Positions 59,552 through 64,000 of a stretch of DNA of 64,000 nt are shown here, in pieces (the stretch's first letter is position 1; the number at the start of each line of letters is the position of its first letter). The notes under the pieces were generated by a model that was given only the letters and a program-made list of their open reading frames with translations, ran no database searches and was not told the origin of the DNA. Source of the stretch: Staphylococcus phage vB_SurM-PSU4; the sequence record OL436245.1; one strand, 5' to 3'. A program made the position numbers and the translations under genes.

Positions 59552-60997
59552 ATGAGTAAAACGATTAAAGATTCTATCTTAAGTAAATCTATTAAAGATA
59601 TTGGGTTTGCGAAGGATGTTCTTACAACTTTACCTGGTAAGCTATTTACAGATAATGATAATATGAGTACAATATTTACAGTTCTTAAAAGAAATGCTGT
59701 GACTAACTCTGAACCATTATCTCAGCAAGCATTATCAGCTAAGATTGAAGAACTATTAGATAGAAGTAAAAAAGACCCTGAAGAAGTAACACAAACAATC
59801 CAATATTTAGATGGCTTATATAATGTTGAAGTAGATAGTCAAGATAAAGGATTAAATAAAGAGATAGAGAGATATGTTAAAACAGAATTATCTAAAAATG
59901 CTCTAGCTAAATTCTTATCTGAAAACAAACAAGAAGATTCAGAGAACTTGAATGAACTTATAGATGAGTTAAAACAAATAGACATTAAAGATATAGCAGG
60001 AACAAATGGTTCTTTTATTGACTTCTTTAATGATGTAGATAAAAAACGTGAACTATTAAATACAATCAATCAAAATAAATTCTCTACAGGTTATCATGCT
60101 TTAGATAGAGAAATCGAAGGTGGGATTGCAAGAGGGGAAGTTGGAGTATTCATTGCACCTACAGGTAAAGGTAAATCTTTCTTTGCTTCTAACTTAGCAA
60201 GAAATTATGTTAAGCAAGGACTTAATGTTTTATATGTAGCATTAGAGGAATTAGAAAACAGATTAGTACTAAGAGCAGAGCAACAATTTGCTGGTATAGA
60301 TAAGAAGACTTTAATGAACTCTGAGATGCAACTGAACGAAGACTTATTTGAAGGTATCCAAAGTATTTATAAAAGAGATGGACATATGTTTGGTGATTAT
60401 TATATTGCTAAATACCAACCTAATGAACTTTCAATTGGTAACTTGGAACAATTGATTATAGATACAACGATTAAAAAAGGTAAAAATATAGATGTAGTTG
60501 TAATTGACTATCCTAAACTTATGAGAAACCAATTTGATAGATACTATGATATAAGTGAGTCAGGTGGTAAGATGTTTGAAGAAATACGAAGTCTAGCACA
60601 GAAATATGATTTTGTATGTTGGACACTAGCTCAAACAAATAGAACTGCATATAGTGCAGAAGTAATTACAAGTGAACATGTAGAAGGTTCTAGGAAAATA
60701 CTTAACACTGTAGAAGTAGCTTTAGTTCTTAACCAAACAAGTGAGGAATTTAAATCTGGATTTATGAGACTTTATCTAGATAAAGTTCGTAACGGTACAA
60801 GAACAGGAGACCCATTCGTACATCTGAAAGTAGAACCAGAGAAAATGAGAATTAGAGATGAGACTGAAGATGAATTAATTGAACATAAATCCTTAATTAA
60901 TGATTCAGACAGCAAACCGAATAACAGTAAATTTGAGAAGACTGAAAATAAAAGAGAAGCTTTAAATAATAAATTCGGAGGTATGTCCATTGGATGA
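59552..60997 (+). CDS. DnaB-family/RecA-fold replicative helicase
   Basis: It has Walker A GVFIAPTGKGKSF, Walker B VVVIDYPKLM, and a C-terminal RecA-like region. Confidence 0.65.
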   Translation: MSKTIKDSILSKSIKDIGFAKDVLTTLPGKLFTDNDNMSTIFTVLKRNAVTNSEPLSQQALSAKIEELLDRSKKDPEEVTQTIQYLDGLYNVEVDSQDKGLNKEIERYVKTELSKNALAKFLSENKQEDSENLNELIDELKQIDIKDIAGTNGSFIDFFNDVDKKRELLNTINQNKFSTGYHALDREIEGGIARGEVGVFIAPTGKGKSFFASNLARNYVKQGLNVLYVALEELENRLVLRAEQQFAGIDKKTLMNSEMQLNEDLFEGIQSIYKRDGHMFGDYYIAKYQPNELSIGNLEQLIIDTTIKKGKNIDVVVIDYPKLMRNQFDRYYDISESGGKMFEEIRSLAQKYDFVCWTLAQTNRTAYSAEVITSEHVEGSRKILNTVEVALVLNQTSEEFKSGFMRLYLDKVRNGTRTGDPFVHLKVEPEKMRIRDETEDELIEHKSLINDSDSKPNNSKFEKTENKREALNNKFGGMSIG

Positions 60998-61262
60998 TTT
61001 TAAAAAGATTTATAAAAAAGCAAGACGTATATTCACAAGACACAAAGCAACATGGGAAGATAAAGGGAATATTAAAGCTTTTTATTTAAAAGGTACAAGT
61101 ATAGGAGTAATTGACTTAGATGAGTCGGCTAAACTACAAGGTAAAGAAGGGAACCCTTCAGGTTATAAATACAATGTTATGTCTGATAAAAAGCCTGCAA
61201 TACCTTGTAATTCTCTAGATGAGGTAATAGAAGCTATAGAAATAAAATTAAAAGAAAAATAA
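60990..61262 (+). CDS. Hypothetical protein
   Basis: 90-aa ORF overlapping the upstream stop. Confidence 0.4.
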   Translation: MDDFKKIYKKARRIFTRHKATWEDKGNIKAFYLKGTSIGVIDLDESAKLQGKEGNPSGYKYNVMSDKKPAIPCNSLDEVIEAIEIKLKEK

Positions 61263-61265
61263 TTT

Positions 61266-61296
61266 AAACTACCTATTGACTTAGGTAGTTTTTTAT
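61266..61296 (+). terminator. Rho-independent terminator
   Basis: aactacct-attgactt-aggtagtt hairpin followed by a T-run. Confidence 0.6.
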
Positions 61297-61336
61297 TGTA
61301 TAATGATATTATAAACAAATAAAGGAGAAGTTATAT

Positions 61337-61675
61337 ATGGATATTACTTACATAAAAGAATTACCAGAGGAAAGTATCGAAAGTTTGATAGAAACATTAG
61401 AAGGTGCAATTGATATTGTACTAGACGAACAAAAAGGTGAAGAGGATGAATACAATTTAGTAAAACTAGAAATGACAATTAAAGTATTAGAAGGTATTAA
61501 AAAAGGAGAAGACTTTGTTGATACATGGTATACAGAAGGATGGGAATATGCACACTTTGTACCTAGAGTACTAGATGAAATGGGGATATTCCACTTGGAA
61601 GAAAAACTAAATAACAGTTCAGAAACAATTGTATGCACAATGTATTTAAATATTGACAATGACCAAGTATTATAG
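61337..61675 (+). CDS. Hypothetical acidic protein
   Basis: 112-aa ORF with an AAGGAGA RBS. Confidence 0.45.
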   Translation: MDITYIKELPEESIESLIETLEGAIDIVLDEQKGEEDEYNLVKLEMTIKVLEGIKKGEDFVDTWYTEGWEYAHFVPRVLDEMGIFHLEEKLNNSSETIVCTMYLNIDNDQVL

Positions 61676-61680
61676 TATAC

Positions 61681-61995
61681 TTGGTTTACAAACAAAAAAA
61701 GGAGAGATTTATAATGAGAAATTTTGACCCAATAATTAACTTTAGATTTTTTAATAGTAGTAAACCAGAAGGATATGTAGTATTTCTAACAAGTGAGTCA
61801 GAAAATAAAGGGATGACAATTGAAGTAGCAAGTCCAGAAGATAGAGTGTTTGAGCTTGAATATAAACCAAATACAATTATTTTAACAGATAACAATAATA
61901 AAATAACTACTTATGTAAATGATGTAGATACTTCATCTGACGAACTAGAAAAACATATACACAAACTTGTTGAAGAGGATTTGGAGGATAAATAA
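61681..61995 (+). CDS. Hypothetical protein
   Basis: 104-aa ORF whose stop overlaps the next start (ATAATG). Confidence 0.4.
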   Translation: MVYKQKKERFIMRNFDPIINFRFFNSSKPEGYVVFLTSESENKGMTIEVASPEDRVFELEYKPNTIILTDNNNKITTYVNDVDTSSDELEKHIHKLVEEDLEDK

Positions 61996-63020
61996 TGAAA
62001 TTTATATTTTTTACTGATAGTCATTTTCATTTATTTACAAACTATGCAAAACCTGATGAATATTATGTAAATGATAGATTTAAAGAGCAAATAGAGGCAT
62101 TACAGAAAGTGTTTAATATTGCTAGAGAAGAAAAAGCTAAAGTTATATTTGGAGGAGATTTGTTCCACAAACGTAATTCAGTAGATACTAGAGTGTATAA
62201 CAAGGTCTTTGAAATATTTGCTAATAATCAAGACATTAAAGTTTATATGGTTAGAGGTAATCATGATGCTGTAAGTAACTCACTATACACTGATTCAAGT
62301 ATAGATATATTTGAAACTTTACCTAATGTAGAAGTAGCTAAAACATTAAGAAGTGAACCTTTAAGCTCAAAGGTACAGTTAACGATGTGTGCTTATGGGG
62401 ATGAGACAGAAGAGATTAAAGAATTTATTAAAGATAGCTACCAAGAAGGTAAAGTAAATATTCTAGTAGGACACTTAGGTGTAGAGGGTTCTCTGACAGG
62501 AAAGGGTTCACACAGACTTGAAGGTGCATTTGGTTATCAAGACTTATTACCTGATAATTATGCTTTTATTCTATTAGGTCACTACCATAGAAGACAGTAT
62601 TTCATTAATCCTAATCATTTTTATGGGGGTTCTTTATTACAACAATCCTTCTCAGATGAACAAGAGTCTAATGGGGTACACTTAATAGATACAGATAAAT
62701 TAACTACTGAATTCATACCTTTAGATACACGTAAGTTCATTACAATACAAGGAGATAATGTTCCTGATAATATTGATGAGCTTGTAGAAAAAGGAAACTT
62801 TATTCGTTTTATAGGGACACCTGAACAAGCTAAACAAATTAATTTAAATAAAGAACAAGAAGATAATATTGAAGTTCAAGTTAAAAAAGAGTATACCGTA
62901 GAAAAACGTATTGATAGTGATGTATCAGATGACCCATTAACAATTGCAGAAGCATATGCTAAACAATTCACACCAGAAGCTAAGAAAGAAATAATAGAAT
63001 GTCTTAAGGAGGTTCTATAA
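61995..63020 (+). CDS. sbcD: SbcD/Mre11-family exonuclease subunit
   Basis: It has the calcineurin-like phosphoesterase motifs FTDSHFH, GGDLFH, GNHD, GHLG and GHYH. Confidence 0.75.
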   Translation: MKFIFFTDSHFHLFTNYAKPDEYYVNDRFKEQIEALQKVFNIAREEKAKVIFGGDLFHKRNSVDTRVYNKVFEIFANNQDIKVYMVRGNHDAVSNSLYTDSSIDIFETLPNVEVAKTLRSEPLSSKVQLTMCAYGDETEEIKEFIKDSYQEGKVNILVGHLGVEGSLTGKGSHRLEGAFGYQDLLPDNYAFILLGHYHRRQYFINPNHFYGGSLLQQSFSDEQESNGVHLIDTDKLTTEFIPLDTRKFITIQGDNVPDNIDELVEKGNFIRFIGTPEQAKQINLNKEQEDNIEVQVKKEYTVEKRIDSDVSDDPLTIAEAYAKQFTPEAKKEIIECLKEVL

Positions 63021-63382
63021 TGAAAAAATATATTAATGGTTTAGAAGAATATAAATTGGATAAAGATGATTTAACTCAAGACTTAATTGACTATGTAGAA
63101 AATACAAGACCTAAAACGAATTATTTAGATATTAGAAATGTATATCAAGAAGACTTATTCTTAAATAAGTCTATCTTACAATTTGAAGAATCAGACGGAA
63201 GTAGAGTAAATATATGTAATGTTATAGATTTAGAAGATGGAATGAATAAAATGAAAAAGATTTTCAAAGATAGTGGTTTTGAGAAAAACTATTACAATAG
63301 AATTATAGAATATGATGATTACTATAAAATTGATTATGGTTCTCACCGATGTTTCTTTATTGTGACTAAGGAGGTTCTATAA
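63020..63382 (+). CDS. Hypothetical protein
   Basis: 120-aa ORF, translationally coupled (ATAATG). Confidence 0.4.
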   Translation: MKKYINGLEEYKLDKDDLTQDLIDYVENTRPKTNYLDIRNVYQEDLFLNKSILQFEESDGSRVNICNVIDLEDGMNKMKKIFKDSGFEKNYYNRIIEYDDYYKIDYGSHRCFFIVTKEVL

Positions 63383-64000
63383 TGGTTCGATTTAAAAAAG
63401 TTGAGATGCAAAACTTCATGGCAATTAAGGAAGCTACTTTAGAATTAGATAATAGAGGTTTGATTCTAATAGAAGGTGAGAATAAAACAAATGAATCCTT
63501 TCATTCTAATGGGGCTAGTAAATCATCTTTAGTATCTTCTATTACTTATGCTCTTTATGGTAAAACAGAAAAAGGTTTAAAAGCAGATGATGTTGTAAAT
63601 AATAAGATAGGTAAAAACACATATGTTAAACTTTACTTTGATATTGGAGAAGACCATTATCGTATTGAAAGATACCGTAAAGATAAAGAAAATAAGAATA
63701 AAGTTAAACTATTCCTAAACGATAAAGATATTACAGGTTCTACAAATGATGTGACAGATAAACAAATACAAGAATTATTTGGTATAGATTTTAATACTTA
63801 CCTTAACTCTATCATATATGGTCAAGGGGATATTCCTATGTTTTCTCAAGCCACTGACAAAGGTAAAAAGGAAATTTTAGAATCTATTACTAAAACAGAT
63901 ATTTATAAAGAAGCTCAAGAAGTAGCTAAAGAGAAATATAAAGAAGTAGAAGAAAAACAAAACAACCTAGAACAAGAAATTGAAAAAGTAGGTTATAAAA
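63382..64000 (+). CDS. sbcC: SbcC/Rad50-family ATPase, N-terminal part (runs off window end)
   Basis: It starts MVRFKKVEMQNFMAIKEATLELDNRGLILIEGENKTNESFHSNGASKSS (AAA/SMC N-terminal Walker A region). The frame is open to the end of the window. Confidence 0.65.
   Translation, partial: MVRFKKVEMQNFMAIKEATLELDNRGLILIEGENKTNESFHSNGASKSSLVSSITYALYGKTEKGLKADDVVNNKIGKNTYVKLYFDIGEDHYRIERYRKDKENKNKVKLFLNDKDITGSTNDVTDKQIQELFGIDFNTYLNSIIYGQGDIPMFSQATDKGKKEILESITKTDIYKEAQEVAKEKYKEVEEKQNNLEQEIEKVGYK

Overview
This window appears to be part of a large virulent Staphylococcus myovirus genome of the Twort-like/Kayvirus type (Herelleviridae). The evidence is a 495-aa LysK-like endolysin with CHAP, amidase_2 and SH3b regions, a holin directly upstream of it, and a tail sheath and tube that fit what I recall of phage K. 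The gene order also fits: tape measure, CHAP tail lysin, baseplate, receptor-binding proteins, helicases, then SbcCD. On the minus strand at 2.8-7.9 kb lies a terminase large-subunit gene broken into at least four and probably six exons by related group I introns. Two of those introns carry homing-endonuclease ORFs of an unusual architecture: three CxxC zinc-ribbon repeats followed by a Vsr/DUF559-like PD-(D/E)XK motif. A third copy of this endonuclease is free-standing with its own promoter and terminator, just downstream of the tail-tube gene. The tail-tube gene itself appears to be split by two ORF-less group I introns of the same family, with an approximately 77-nt micro-exon between them. 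Spliced, the three exons reconstruct a C-terminus that matches what I recall of the phage K tail tube. Between the packaging and head modules lies a roughly 3-kb ORF-poor stretch (10.36-13.42 kb). It has sigma-A-like promoters, an AT-rich early-promoter cluster, a decayed relic of the endolysin SH3b domain, and possible non-coding transcripts. The plus-strand holin-endolysin cassette and a secreted IsaA-like transglycosylase come next. No portal gene is detectable upstream of the prohead protease. Other notable items are a PghP-like poly-gamma-glutamate hydrolase in the baseplate module, a +1-frame tail-chaperone pair, and a repetitive Pro/Gln/Glu-rich membrane protein. All calls come from reading the sequence and ORF translations. 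No database search was run.
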